DNA of 64,000 nt, taken from assembly GCA_030158675.1 (NCBI GenBank), contig JAOASL010000033.1, positions 17,160 through 81,159 of the forward strand, written 5' to 3'. The DNA is from Burkholderiaceae bacterium. GTDB lineage: Bacteria; Pseudomonadota; Gammaproteobacteria; Burkholderiales; Burkholderiaceae_D. The translations under genes and the position numbers were made by a program. Positions 25,868-36,100 of the stretch are shown here, one piece after another. Every line of letters starts with the position of its first letter. The first letter of the stretch is position 1. Under the pieces are notes generated by a model, which was not told the DNA's origin, searched no databases, and was given only the letters and a program-made list of their open reading frames with translations.

Positions 25868-27298
25868 ATGCCTTGCCTCGTGCCGCTACGGATGCGCCTG
25901 TTCGCGCTGACTTTCACCGGCAGTGTCGTCGCGGCATTGCTTTCGACCGCTGCTGCGCTTGCCGGTACGATGCAATCGCCGATAGAGCTCAACGCAGCCT
26001 ACCTGCAGCCGATCGAAGACCTGTCTGCCGATGAGGCGCGCCAGTTCCGGGCCGGCGAGACCATGTTTCGCACCCTATGGCTGACCTTCCCGGCGATGCC
26101 GGTGCAAAACAACTGGCAATACATGCGACCGCGTGGCGGTTATGCATGGGGACTCGGACCGACCTTTATCGCCAATTCGTGCATGGCCTGTCATGTGCAG
26201 GCCGGTCGCGGCAAAACGACCGACCGATCCAACAGCACCGTATTCCAGCAATTGCTGCGTGTGTCCCTGCCCGGCGAGAACCCGCACGGCGGACCACGGT
26301 CTCATCCTCACTATGGCGGGCAGTTGCAGGTTTTTGATGTGATTTCCGCTGATCGCCAGCAAGTACGGCAGGGCGAAGCGGATGTGTTTGTCGACTGGCA
26401 GCCCGAACCGGTATCCCTGCCCGATGGCACACAGGTCGAGCTGCGCCGCCCGAAGATCCGGGTCGAGAGCCTGTCGTATGGGCCGCTGGGCGATCAGGTG
26501 ATGACCTCATTGCGGAATGCACCGCCCATCTTCGGACTGGGCTATTTGGAGTCGGTCAGCGAAGACGACATCCTTCACATCGCCGCCGCACAACAGGCAA
26601 TCGGCCTGAACGGGCGCATGAACTATGTGCGCGACGATGTGCGGGATAAAAGTTCGCTCGGTCGCTTTGGCTGGAAGGCGAATCAGCCTAGCGTGCGCCA
26701 GCAGGTAGCGGCTGCATTTCTGCATGACATGGGTATTACTTCATCGCTCTATCCAAAACAAAACTGTCCGCCGGTTCAGATCTACTGCAAGGCGGCACCA
26801 CCCGGCGATTCGGTCGAATTGTTTGCGGATGAATTTGACGATCTCACCTTTTGGGCGCTCGCGCTGGAGGCGCCGCCGCGTCGAGAGCGCGACCGTGCGG
26901 ATATTCAGACGGGAGAAAAGTTATTCGGGCAGGCCGGTTGCGCCCAATGCCATTTGCCGCAGATGAAAACTGCCGCCAACGCGCCCTTTCCCGCGCTGGC
27001 CGGCCGCGTATTTCATCCCTACACCGATCTGCTGGTGCATGACATGGGCGACGGCCTTGCCGACGGCCGCCCCGACTACAAGGCGGGGCCACGCGACTGG
27101 CGCACTGCTCCGTTGTGGGGCATCGGATTGTCAAAGCAGGTCAATGGCAGCACCCATCTGATGCATGACGGACGGGCACGCAATGTGACTGAGGCCGTCC
27201 TGTGGCACGGCGGTGAGGCACAGCCGGCACGCGACGCATTCGCGCGTTTCAGTCAGGAAGACCGTGATGCCCTGGTCGCCTTCGTGAATTCGCTCTGA
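25868..27298 (+). CDS. DUF1111-type di-heme oxidoreductase (putative peroxidase / thiol oxidoreductase family)
   Basis: GGAGA RBS and a signal peptide. Two heme c sites, CMACH and CAQCH. The C-terminal block WRTAPLWGIGL...HDGRARNVTEAVLWHGGEA is shared with the paralog at 63027..64000. Confidence 0.85.
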   Translation: MPCLVPLRMRLFALTFTGSVVAALLSTAAALAGTMQSPIELNAAYLQPIEDLSADEARQFRAGETMFRTLWLTFPAMPVQNNWQYMRPRGGYAWGLGPTFIANSCMACHVQAGRGKTTDRSNSTVFQQLLRVSLPGENPHGGPRSHPHYGGQLQVFDVISADRQQVRQGEADVFVDWQPEPVSLPDGTQVELRRPKIRVESLSYGPLGDQVMTSLRNAPPIFGLGYLESVSEDDILHIAAAQQAIGLNGRMNYVRDDVRDKSSLGRFGWKANQPSVRQQVAAAFLHDMGITSSLYPKQNCPPVQIYCKAAPPGDSVELFADEFDDLTFWALALEAPPRRERDRADIQTGEKLFGQAGCAQCHLPQMKTAANAPFPALAGRVFHPYTDLLVHDMGDGLADGRPDYKAGPRDWRTAPLWGIGLSKQVNGSTHLMHDGRARNVTEAVLWHGGEAQPARDAFARFSQEDRDALVAFVNSL

Positions 27299-27429
27299 GC
27301 GCCAGCGCAAAAGCGATGAGGCCGGGGCTCTTGTTGGCATGATGCCTGCTGACCTCGGTTGCTTTTGACATTTATGATCGATTATCAGCATTAGAATGGC
27401 AGGGATATGTCAGAGTTGATTCTCTTAGC

Positions 27430-30114
27430 GTGCATGTGCCGATTGCTTCCCTCATGCTTCGTCAGCTGAACGGGTTGAGTGTTGCGATGTACCGCGTCAT
27501 CGGTGCGGGCATCGTAATCATTGGCATCTGGACGATGGTCTTCGTCAACATCCAGAATGACCGCCGGCTGATATACGACCAGGCACTGGAAAAGGCGCAT
27601 GGTTACGCCGAAGGTTTTGCCGAAAACCTGCAAAAGGCCCTGCTGCAGATCGACCAGTTGTCGCTGACGCTGACGCAGCTGCACGAAGCCCATGTCGCGC
27701 CCGACACCATCCAGCAGATCTATCAGGGCGTGTTGCACGACCTGCCACTCCACCCGCTGTTCCTCGACGAGAATGGCCTCGCGCGCCATCGGCGTACCGG
27801 CTCGTCGGAAATCATCGACCTGTCGAAAGCCGAATTTTTTCGCTTCCATCGCGATTCACCGTCCCGCGAATTGCGCATCAATGCACGCGAAGAAGGCGTG
27901 GCGGCATTCGCCGGACAACCTATCGTGCGGCTGACGCGTCGCGTGAACAAGGTCGACGGCAGTTTCGGCGGTGTAGTGGCGATCACGATGCTGCCGCGTT
28001 ACATGAATGCGTTCAGTGGTGACACGAGCCTGAGCGTGCACGACTTTGCGTCAGTCTGGATCGCCGACGGGGCGATGCTGACCAACCGCACCCGTGGCTG
28101 GGGCGACCGCATCTTTCAGCACTACCGTGTTCCACCCACGCTACCCGGCCAATCCGGCGCACGGATCGACGATGCCGAGAGATTTCACGACCATGGCCGC
28201 CATGTCATCGGCTGGAGCCGGCTGAAAGGCTATCCGCTGATTGCGCTGGTCGCCTTTACCGAATCGAACGTCGTCGCACCACTGACCAACACCGAGCGGC
28301 TGGACTATGCGGGCGGCGCGCTGGCGACGCTGTTTGTGCTGTTATTTGCGTGGACCAACGCGCGCAGCGCCACGCGGCGTGAACTGGTGCGACAGCGCAT
28401 TGAACAGGCGCAGGCGCGTTACCGGCATGCGGTCGACAACGTACGCGACGCGATCTTCGTCTTCACCCCCTGTCCGGCCAGCATCAGCCCCAGCGAATTC
28501 TGCATCGAGGATTGCAATGCGCAGGCGGCGCGGATGGTGCATATGACGCGTGACGCGACCGTCGGACGTGCGCTGAGCGAGCTGTTTCCGGAGCGGGAAT
28601 CGCAGGTGCTGCGCGAGCTGCTGCGTAGCGCCGTGCAGGATGGCGACGCCCAAAATGAAATCACCACCGAGCGCGACGGCCAGCCGGCCTGCTATTTCAA
28701 TCGTGCCATACGCATCGACAGCAGCATTGCACTGACGCTGCGCGACGTCACCGAGCTGAAGGCGCGCGAGCAGCAAGTGCAGTCAATGACGCTGTCCGAT
28801 CCGCTGACCATGCTGAACAACCGGCTGTGGCTGGAAGAATATCTGCCGACGGCCATTCAGCTGGCGCACGCAGAGTCGCGCATGCTCGCGCTGGTAATGC
28901 TGGATTTCGACAATTTCAAGCTGGTCAACGACGCGTTCGGCCATAAATTCGGCGACGAGCTGCTAGTGGCTGTCGCTGTCGCGCTCAGGCATTCGCTGAA
29001 TTCGACCAGCCATGTCGCGCGCGTCGGCGGCGACAGTTTTGCGGTGCTGTTCGATCACATTGGATCGGTCGCCGAAATCGATGCCCTGGTTGCCGGCATC
29101 CGTGCGGTGCTGCTCAGTTCGCCATGGCCGGAGAAGGCCTCCGAGCAAGTACGTAAGGTGTCGATCGGCGTGGCCGTGTATCCGAACGACGCCGACGGTG
29201 CCATGGAGCTGATGAAGGCGGCCGAAATTGCCGTGCATGCGGCCGGCCAGGGCAGCGGCGGGCTGACCCGTTATTACGAGCGCTCGATGCTGGAACTTCG
29301 CGAACTGCGCCTGTGGCTCGATAGCGCGCTGCCACTGGCGATGCAGAATGGCGAGATGATGCTGCACTACCAGCCGCGCCTGTCCGCGATCACCGGTCAA
29401 CTGCGCAGCTTCGAGGCACTGCTGCGCTGGCAGCACCCGGAGCGCGGCATGCTGTCGCCGGCAAAATTCATTCCGCTGGCTGAAGAAAACGGGCAGATCA
29501 TACCGTTGGGCGCGTGGGTCATCGCCGAAGCATGCGCGCAACTGGCGCGCTGGCGCGCCGAGGGCCACAGGCTGGTGCCGGTGTCGGTCAACGTGTCAGC
29601 GCAGCAGTTGAAAGATGCGAGCTGCCGCGAACTGATCGCTGAGTGCCTGCAGCGTCACCGGCTGGCGCCGTCGCTGCTGCCGATCGAGCTGACCGAATCG
29701 ACCATGGTCGGCGAAGATCCGGTGATGCTCGCCGAGCTGAAGGCGCTGCGTGCGATGGGAATCGAGCTGCACATCGACGATTTCGGCACCGGCTATTCGT
29801 CGCTGTCGCAGCTGCAAAAAGTCGAGATTGACGCATTGAAGGTCGATCAGTCCTTCGTGCGTGCGCTGGGCTTGCGCGGCTCGGGACATCAGCTGTGCGA
29901 GGCCGTGATCAGCATCGGCAAGTCGCTCGGCGCGACGGTGGTGGCCGAGGGCGTCGAAACTGCCGAGCAGTTCGCGCAATTGCGTTCAATGGGTTGCGAC
30001 GAGATCCAGGGTTATCTGGTGTCGCCGGCAATCCCGCCGGCGCTGGCGGCGAAGATGCTCGACCATCCGCAACTGATCGAGGTCATGCCGCGCAACAGCG
30101 AACGAGCGGCGTGA
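27430..30114 (+). CDS. Membrane sensor with periplasmic (Cache-like) domain, PAS, degenerate GGDEF (GGDSF) and EAL domains
   Basis: GTG start is uncertain; in-frame ATGs lie at 27454 and 27487. Two TM segments flank a roughly 250-aa loop. GGDEF region has RVGGDSFAVLF. EAL signatures FEALLRW, ELTES, DDFGTGYSSL and EGVET are intact. Confidence 0.88.
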   Translation: MHVPIASLMLRQLNGLSVAMYRVIGAGIVIIGIWTMVFVNIQNDRRLIYDQALEKAHGYAEGFAENLQKALLQIDQLSLTLTQLHEAHVAPDTIQQIYQGVLHDLPLHPLFLDENGLARHRRTGSSEIIDLSKAEFFRFHRDSPSRELRINAREEGVAAFAGQPIVRLTRRVNKVDGSFGGVVAITMLPRYMNAFSGDTSLSVHDFASVWIADGAMLTNRTRGWGDRIFQHYRVPPTLPGQSGARIDDAERFHDHGRHVIGWSRLKGYPLIALVAFTESNVVAPLTNTERLDYAGGALATLFVLLFAWTNARSATRRELVRQRIEQAQARYRHAVDNVRDAIFVFTPCPASISPSEFCIEDCNAQAARMVHMTRDATVGRALSELFPERESQVLRELLRSAVQDGDAQNEITTERDGQPACYFNRAIRIDSSIALTLRDVTELKAREQQVQSMTLSDPLTMLNNRLWLEEYLPTAIQLAHAESRMLALVMLDFDNFKLVNDAFGHKFGDELLVAVAVALRHSLNSTSHVARVGGDSFAVLFDHIGSVAEIDALVAGIRAVLLSSPWPEKASEQVRKVSIGVAVYPNDADGAMELMKAAEIAVHAAGQGSGGLTRYYERSMLELRELRLWLDSALPLAMQNGEMMLHYQPRLSAITGQLRSFEALLRWQHPERGMLSPAKFIPLAEENGQIIPLGAWVIAEACAQLARWRAEGHRLVPVSVNVSAQQLKDASCRELIAECLQRHRLAPSLLPIELTESTMVGEDPVMLAELKALRAMGIELHIDDFGTGYSSLSQLQKVEIDALKVDQSFVRALGLRGSGHQLCEAVISIGKSLGATVVAEGVETAEQFAQLRSMGCDEIQGYLVSPAIPPALAAKMLDHPQLIEVMPRNSERAA

Positions 30115-30136
30115 GCGGCAGCATGCCGGCGGTCGC

Positions 30137-31306
30137 TCAGGACACCCGTCGGTAGCCGCCATCCCAGCCACACGGCGACAACACCACCTGCCACAGCTGG
30201 TTGTCGCGCGCGCGGAAAGTGCCGGCGCAGCACAACAGGTAATAGCGCCACATCCGGTAAAAGCGCGGACTGTAGTTGGGCTGAAGCTGCGGCCATGCCG
30301 CCTCGAAGCGCGCATGCCAGGCCATCAGCGTGCGGTCGTAGTCGGCGCCGAAGTTGTGCCAGTCCTCGACGATGAAGTCATGCTCGCTGGCCGCAGCGAT
30401 CTCCTGCACTGACGGCAGCGAACCGTTCGGAAAAATATATTTGTCGATCCACGGGTCGATCGGCCCGCCGCTGACGTTCTTGCCTATCGTATGCAGCAGG
30501 AACAGACCGTCGTCCTTCAGCGAGCGCCGCGCGACCGCGAAATAATCGCGGTAATTCTTGTGTCCGACATGCTCGAACATGCCGACCGATGCGACCCGGT
30601 CGAAGCGATCGCCGCCGCCGGGATTGAAATCGCGATAGTCCGTCAGATCAAAGCGCACCGGCAGGCCGGCCGCTCTCTGTGCGCCCCACTTCGCCTGCTC
30701 TTTCGACACCGTCACGCCGACGCATTCGACGCCGTAATGCGTGGCCGCGAAATGCATCAGGCTGCCCCAGCCGCAGCCGATGTCGAGCAGGCGCATGCCC
30801 GGCTGCAGGCCCATCTTGCGGCAGATCAGGTCGAGCTTGGCTTTTTGGGACTGCTCGAGCGTATCGGCGTTTGCCCAATAGCCGCAGCTGTAGGCCATGT
30901 AAGGATCGAGCATGCGCTCGTAAAGGTCATTACCGAGGTCATAGTGTTCGCGCCCGACCTGCCAGGCGCGCGTGGTCGACTGCAGGTTGACCAGCTTGGC
31001 GCGCAGCACCGCCAGCAGTTCGCCCGGATGAGCGACCCGGCGGTCGAGCCGGGCACGCAGCACGCGCGCGATGAATTCATCGATCTGCTCGCAATCCCAC
31101 CAGCCGTCCATGTAGCTTTCGCCAAGGCCCAGGCTGCCCTTGGCAAGAATGCGGCTGAACACATCGGGATGGCGCATCTGGAAATCCCACGGCCGGCCGC
31201 CGTCGATGCGAACGTCGGCTTGCGCCAGCAGAGTCGCCACCAGCGCATGCTGTGACGGATCGGGCTGCTTGCCGGACGGTGAGAGATCTGCCGTGATCGA
31301 TGCCAT
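30137..31306 (-). CDS. cfa: Cyclopropane-fatty-acyl-phospholipid synthase
   Basis: 389 aa. SAM motif LLDIGCGWGSL and typical CFA synthase blocks (GESYMDGWWDC, FEHVGHKNY). Confidence 0.92.
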   Translation of the reverse strand: MASITADLSPSGKQPDPSQHALVATLLAQADVRIDGGRPWDFQMRHPDVFSRILAKGSLGLGESYMDGWWDCEQIDEFIARVLRARLDRRVAHPGELLAVLRAKLVNLQSTTRAWQVGREHYDLGNDLYERMLDPYMAYSCGYWANADTLEQSQKAKLDLICRKMGLQPGMRLLDIGCGWGSLMHFAATHYGVECVGVTVSKEQAKWGAQRAAGLPVRFDLTDYRDFNPGGGDRFDRVASVGMFEHVGHKNYRDYFAVARRSLKDDGLFLLHTIGKNVSGGPIDPWIDKYIFPNGSLPSVQEIAAASEHDFIVEDWHNFGADYDRTLMAWHARFEAAWPQLQPNYSPRFYRMWRYYLLCCAGTFRARDNQLWQVVLSPCGWDGGYRRVS

Positions 31307-31816
31307 TGCGACTCCCGAACGGTGAAGATGCCTTGAAAGAATTTATTACTTCTCAAAATTTTTTGCAAAGCCTTCCTGCCGCGCGGCGGCCCCGGCACGC
31401 TGTTGAATTATCGGCAGTCATCCGTCGGCTGGCGCGCGCGCGGATCAAGCTGTCTGCAAGCCTGCCGATCAAACGGTGCTGCCGGACTGATCGGGGGCGA
31501 CCATTGCCAGTACGCGCGCAAGCGGTCATGGCGATAGAAGCGGCGTTAGATGAACCCGGCGCTCAGGAGAGAGGCCGGCTGCAGGGTCACCCGCATGCCG
31601 AAGGACGGGCGGCAGCAGCGTAAAACCCACTGCCGCTCACTGGCCGGAATACGGCAGTGCCACCACCAGCAACTCACCACCGGACAAACTGCCCGGCGAC
31701 TGCGGGCAGGTATAAAATCTGACTGATGATTGCCCGCAGTTACAAGTCATCACAATCATTCCCGGCCAGCCCGCTAGAATTCACGGATGTTCCTTCACAT
31801 TCAGATCGGAGTCGTC

Positions 31817-32260
31817 ATGCAAAAGCGTCTGTCGTCGCTGCTGGCCGCCTTGGCGCTGCTGCCCGGACTTGCCCTGGCTCACGGACCGTCACCGTCCAAT
31901 CAGCCGCGTTACCGACCGGCCCCGCATCAGAGCTATCACCCGAGCTACCACCCGCGCAGCAGCGTGAATTTCGGCTTCTCTATCGGTAGCGGCTCCTATT
32001 ATCCGGGATACTACGGACCTTCTTACTGGTACGGACCACCGGTGACCTATCCAGCGCCGGTGTACACCGCGCCGCCGGTGGTGATCCAGTCGCAGCCGCC
32101 GGTGTATATCGAACGGCCGGCAGAGCCTGCCGAGACACCGGCATCGGCTTACTGGTACTACTGCGCCGCGTCCCAATCCTACTATCCTTACGTCAGCGAA
32201 TGCTCGCAGGCATGGCAGCGCGTGTCACCGGTGCCACCGGCGAGCGGAACCCAGCCGTAA
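31817..32260 (+). CDS. Secreted Pro/Tyr-rich protein with a C-terminal two-Cys WYYC...YYPYV..C..W motif
   Basis: ORF 31787..32260 trimmed to the ATG at 31817 (GGAG upstream). Signal peptide MQKRLSSLLAALALLPGLALA. Low-complexity YHPSYHP / YYPGYYGPSYWYGPP region and a YWYYCAASQSYYPYVSECSQAWQRV tail. Confidence 0.7.
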   Translation: MQKRLSSLLAALALLPGLALAHGPSPSNQPRYRPAPHQSYHPSYHPRSSVNFGFSIGSGSYYPGYYGPSYWYGPPVTYPAPVYTAPPVVIQSQPPVYIERPAEPAETPASAYWYYCAASQSYYPYVSECSQAWQRVSPVPPASGTQP

Positions 32261-32287
32261 AGGACCCAAGGCCTTACAAAGGACATC

Positions 32288-32821
32288 ATGAAAAAAATCC
32301 TGTTCGCTCTCGCCGTCCCGGCCATGCTGGCCGGTTGTGCGACCGCGCCGACCGGACCCAGCGTGCTGGTGCTGCCGGGTACCGGCAAGAGCTTCGACCA
32401 GTTCAACCGCGATGAAGTCTATTGCCGCGACTATGCGATGCGCGGTCTCGAAGGCAAGTCGCCGGGCAAAGTATCCACCGACTCGACCGTCGCCACCGCC
32501 GTGGCCGGCACAGCGATCGGTGCCATGGCCGGCGCCGCGCTCGGCGGCCATGACGGCGCTGCCGTCGGCGCCGGTACCGGGCTGCTGTTCGGCAGTGCGA
32601 TGGGCAGCGAATCGGGACGCTACGAACGCGGTACCTCGCAGACTCGCTACGACAACAGCTATATCCAGTGCATGTACGGGCTGGGGCACCGTGTGCCGGT
32701 CCCGGCGGGCATGGTCACGCACGACGCGCGTCCGGTGCGCAGCGCGCCGGCCACCACGGCGCCTCCTCCGCCGCCTCCACCACCAGGCACCCCCCCTCCG
32801 CCGCCACCCGGTGTCAGGTAA
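32288..32821 (+). CDS. Glycine-zipper outer-membrane lipoprotein with a poly-proline C-terminus
   Basis: Lipobox MKKILFALAVPAMLAGC. Gly-zipper region VATAVAGTAIGAMAGAALGGHDGAAVGAGTGLLFGSAMG. The tail has runs of 8 and 6 consecutive Pro codons. Confidence 0.85.
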   Translation: MKKILFALAVPAMLAGCATAPTGPSVLVLPGTGKSFDQFNRDEVYCRDYAMRGLEGKSPGKVSTDSTVATAVAGTAIGAMAGAALGGHDGAAVGAGTGLLFGSAMGSESGRYERGTSQTRYDNSYIQCMYGLGHRVPVPAGMVTHDARPVRSAPATTAPPPPPPPPGTPPPPPPGVR

Positions 32822-32988
32822 GCGCAGAGATTGCACGCTTGTCAGGCCGTGCCGACAAGCCCCCCTTCCATATTCCGAGTTTTTCAGCGGCCGTCGTTCG
32901 GCCTAAAATGCATATGCATTTCGACAATCCTGACCGCGCAAGCGAGTGACGGGTCTGTCGGGCTTTGCGACACCTCTCTGTCATTTCG

Positions 32989-33022
32989 CTCCTGCAGGAC
33001 TTGTGCCTGCAGGAGATTTTTT
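32989..33022 (+). terminator. Strong rho-independent terminator in a convergent intergenic region
   Basis: CTCCTGCAGG-ACTTGTG-CCTGCAGGAG (perfect 10-bp stem) followed by ATTTTTT, 168 nt after the lipoprotein stop. Confidence 0.8.
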
Positions 33023-33081
33023 GCCTGTCGATCCATGTGCCGCAACCGAATCGGGTGCCGCATGCGATCGATGCACAACGC

Positions 33082-33121
33082 AAAAAAATGCGGGCACGGG
33101 CCAAAGGCCGCGTGCCCGCAT
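33082..33121 (-). terminator. Rho-independent terminator after pyruvate carboxylase
   Basis: On the minus strand, ATGCGGGCACG...CGTGCCCGCAT (long GC stem) followed by TTTTTTT, 30 nt downstream of the pyc stop. Confidence 0.85.
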
Positions 33122-33151
33122 CTTGCCGAAGCGAGCCGGTCTGGCGCCGCG

Positions 33152-36100
33152 TCAAGCGGCCAGATCCACCATCAGGTCTTTTGCCGCGATCACCATGCCC
33201 GGCTTCACGTGCACATGGCGCACGACGCAGTCGAACTCGGCGCGAACCATGGTCTCCATCTTCATCGCCTCGATTGACACCAGCGGATCGCCCTTCGCGA
33301 CCTTCTGGCCGGCCTTCACCGCCACCGTCACCACCATGCCGGGCATCGGCGCGCCGACGTGATGTGTGTTGCCTTCTTCAGCCTTCGGATGCGACACCGT
33401 TGACACCACGCCCGCATGCTGAATGCGCACCATGCGCGGCTGGCCGTTGAGTTCGAAGAACAGTTTGCTCTGGCCCTCTTCCTCGATCTCGGTACGGCCA
33501 AGCAGTCGGATCACCAGCGTCTTGCCCTGGTCGATGCTGACCGACACTTCCTGACCGTCCTTCAGACCCTCGAAGAACACCTGTGACGGCAACACCGACA
33601 CGTCGCCATGGCTGCGGCGATGCTGCGCATATTCAGTGAAGACCTTCGGGTACATCAGGTAAGACGCCAGTTCCGGCTCGCTGATCTTGCGATCGACCGC
33701 TTTCTCGGCGGCGGCACGCGCCTGCAGCAGATCGACCGGCGGCACGTTCGCGCCGTAACGCCCCTCCAGCGGCTTGCCGCCCTTCAGCACCTTTTGCTCC
33801 AGCGCCTTGGGGAAACCGTCCGGCGGAAAGCCGAGCTCCCCCTTGAACAGCGAGATCACCGATTCCGGGAAAGCGACTTCCTTGTCCGGATCGGACACAT
33901 CGGCCGGCGTCAGGTCGTTCGCCACCATGAACAGCGCGAGGTCCCCCACGACCTTCGAGGTCGGCGTCACCTTGACGATGTCGCCGAACAGCTGGTTGAC
34001 GTCTGCATACGCCTGCGACACTTCCGGCCAGCGATGCTCGATGCCCATCGCGCGCGCCTGCTCGCGCAGGTTGGTGTACTGGCCACCCGGCATCTCGTGG
34101 CGATACACGTCGGACGTGCCGGAACGAATGTCGGCCTCGAACGGCGCATAGGTGCGGCGCACGCCTTCCCAGTATTGCGACACGGCGAACAGCGTGCCCC
34201 TGGGCAGCTGCGGATCTTTGTCAGTATGTTCAAGGGCGGCGACGATGGAGCCGAGGTTAGGCTGTGATGTCAGGCCGCTCATCGCATCCATCGCGGCGTC
34301 GACCGCATCGCAGCCGGCCTCGATTGCGGCCAGCACGCTGGCGGCGGCGATGCCGCTGGTGTCATGCGTATGGAAATGAATCGGCAGGCCGACTTCTTCC
34401 TTCAGCGCCTTCACCAGCGCGCGCGCCGCGTTCGGGCGACAGACGCCGGCCATGTCCTTGATCGCCAGGATGTTCACGCCGGCTTTTTCCAGCTCCTTCG
34501 CCATCTTCACGTAATACTGCAGGTTGTATTTGCTGCGCGCCGGATCGAAAGGATCGCCGGTGTAGCAGATCGCCCCTTCGCACAGCGCACCGGTTTCGCG
34601 CACCGCATCGATCGCCACGCGCATGTTCTCGACCCAGTTCAGAGAATCAAATACACGGAACAGGTCGATGCCGCCAGCAGCGGCCTGCTGCACGAAATGC
34701 CTGACGACGTTATCCGCATAATTCGTATAGCCGACGGCGTTCGATGCGCGCAGCAACATCTGGAACAGGATATTCGGCACCGCTTCGCGCAGCTGCGCCA
34801 GGCGATCCCACGGATCTTCCTTCAGGAAGCGCATGGCGACGTCAAAGGTCGCACCGCCCCAGCATTCCATCGAGAACAGCCCCGGCAGCAGGCGGGCATA
34901 GTAAGGTGCAATCGCGATCATGTCGGCGGTACGCATGCGCGTTGCGAACAGCGACTGGTGCGCGTCACGCATCGTCGTGTCCGTGATCAGCACCTGCTTC
35001 TGCTCGCGCATCCAGACGGAAAACTTGTCCGCGCCGAGTTCCTTGAGCGTGTCGCGCGAGCCCGGTTGCAGCGGCAGGTTGCGCCCCATCTTCGGCATTG
35101 GCGCGTGCGGCAGGATGATGTCCGAGCGCTTGCGGCCCTTCATCTCCGGATTGCCATTCACCACCACGTCGCCGATGAAGCGCAGCAGACGCGTCGCGCG
35201 GTCGGCGCGCTTGGCGAACTTGAACAGATCAGGCGTGGTGTCGATGAAGCGCGTGGTGCACTCGCCCGACTTGAACAACGGGTGATTGATCACGTTCTCG
35301 AGGAACGGCAGGTTGGTTGACACGCCGCGGATACGGAACTCGCGCAACGCGCGGTCCATGCGCACGGTCGCCTCGGCTGCCGTTGGCGCCCATGCGGTGA
35401 CCTTCACCAGCAGCGAATCGTAGTACGGGGTGATCACCGCGCCTGTATAGGCGGTGCCGCCATCGAGGCGGATGCCGAAGCCGGACGCGCTGCGGTAGGC
35501 AGTCAGGCGGCCATAGTCCGGCGTGAAATTGTTTTCCGGGTCTTCCGTCGTCACGCGGCACTGCAAGGCGTGGCCGTTCAGCTTCACTTCATCTTGCAGC
35601 GGAATGCGCGTGCCGTGTTCGTCCGGCTGGCCGATCGCCAGGCCTTCGGTCACGCGGATCTGCGACTTCACGATATCAACGCCGGTCACCTGCTCGGTGA
35701 CGGTGTGTTCGACCTGGATGCGCGGATTGACCTCGATGAAGTAATACTTGCCGGTGTCGGCATCCATCAGGAACTCAACAGTGCCGGCATGCGTGTAATT
35801 CACCGCGCGGCCCAGCTTCAGCGCCGCTTCGCACAGCGCGCTGCGGGTCGCTTCATCGAGGTAAGGCGCAGGCGCGCGCTCGACTACTTTCTGGTTGCGT
35901 CGCTGCACCGAGCAGTCGCGCTCGAACAGATGAATCAGGTGGCCGTGCGTGTCGCCGAGTATCTGGACCTCGACGTGGCGCGCGCGGCGCACCAGCTTTT
36001 CCAGGTACATCTCGTCATTGCCGAACGCAGCGGCCGCTTCGCGCCGCGCCACTTCCAGCTGCGACGGCAGCTCGGCCTCGGACTCGATCATGCGCATGCC

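Noticed and set aside
31689-31739. Three mutually exclusive GC stems (CTGCCCG / CTGCGGGCAG / TGCCCGCAG) considered as a riboswitch or attenuator upstream of the Pro/Tyr-rich gene
   Set aside because: The stems are short and no leader peptide is present. I could not identify any recognisable riboswitch core or T-run. The TATAAAAT between them may simply be the -10 element.
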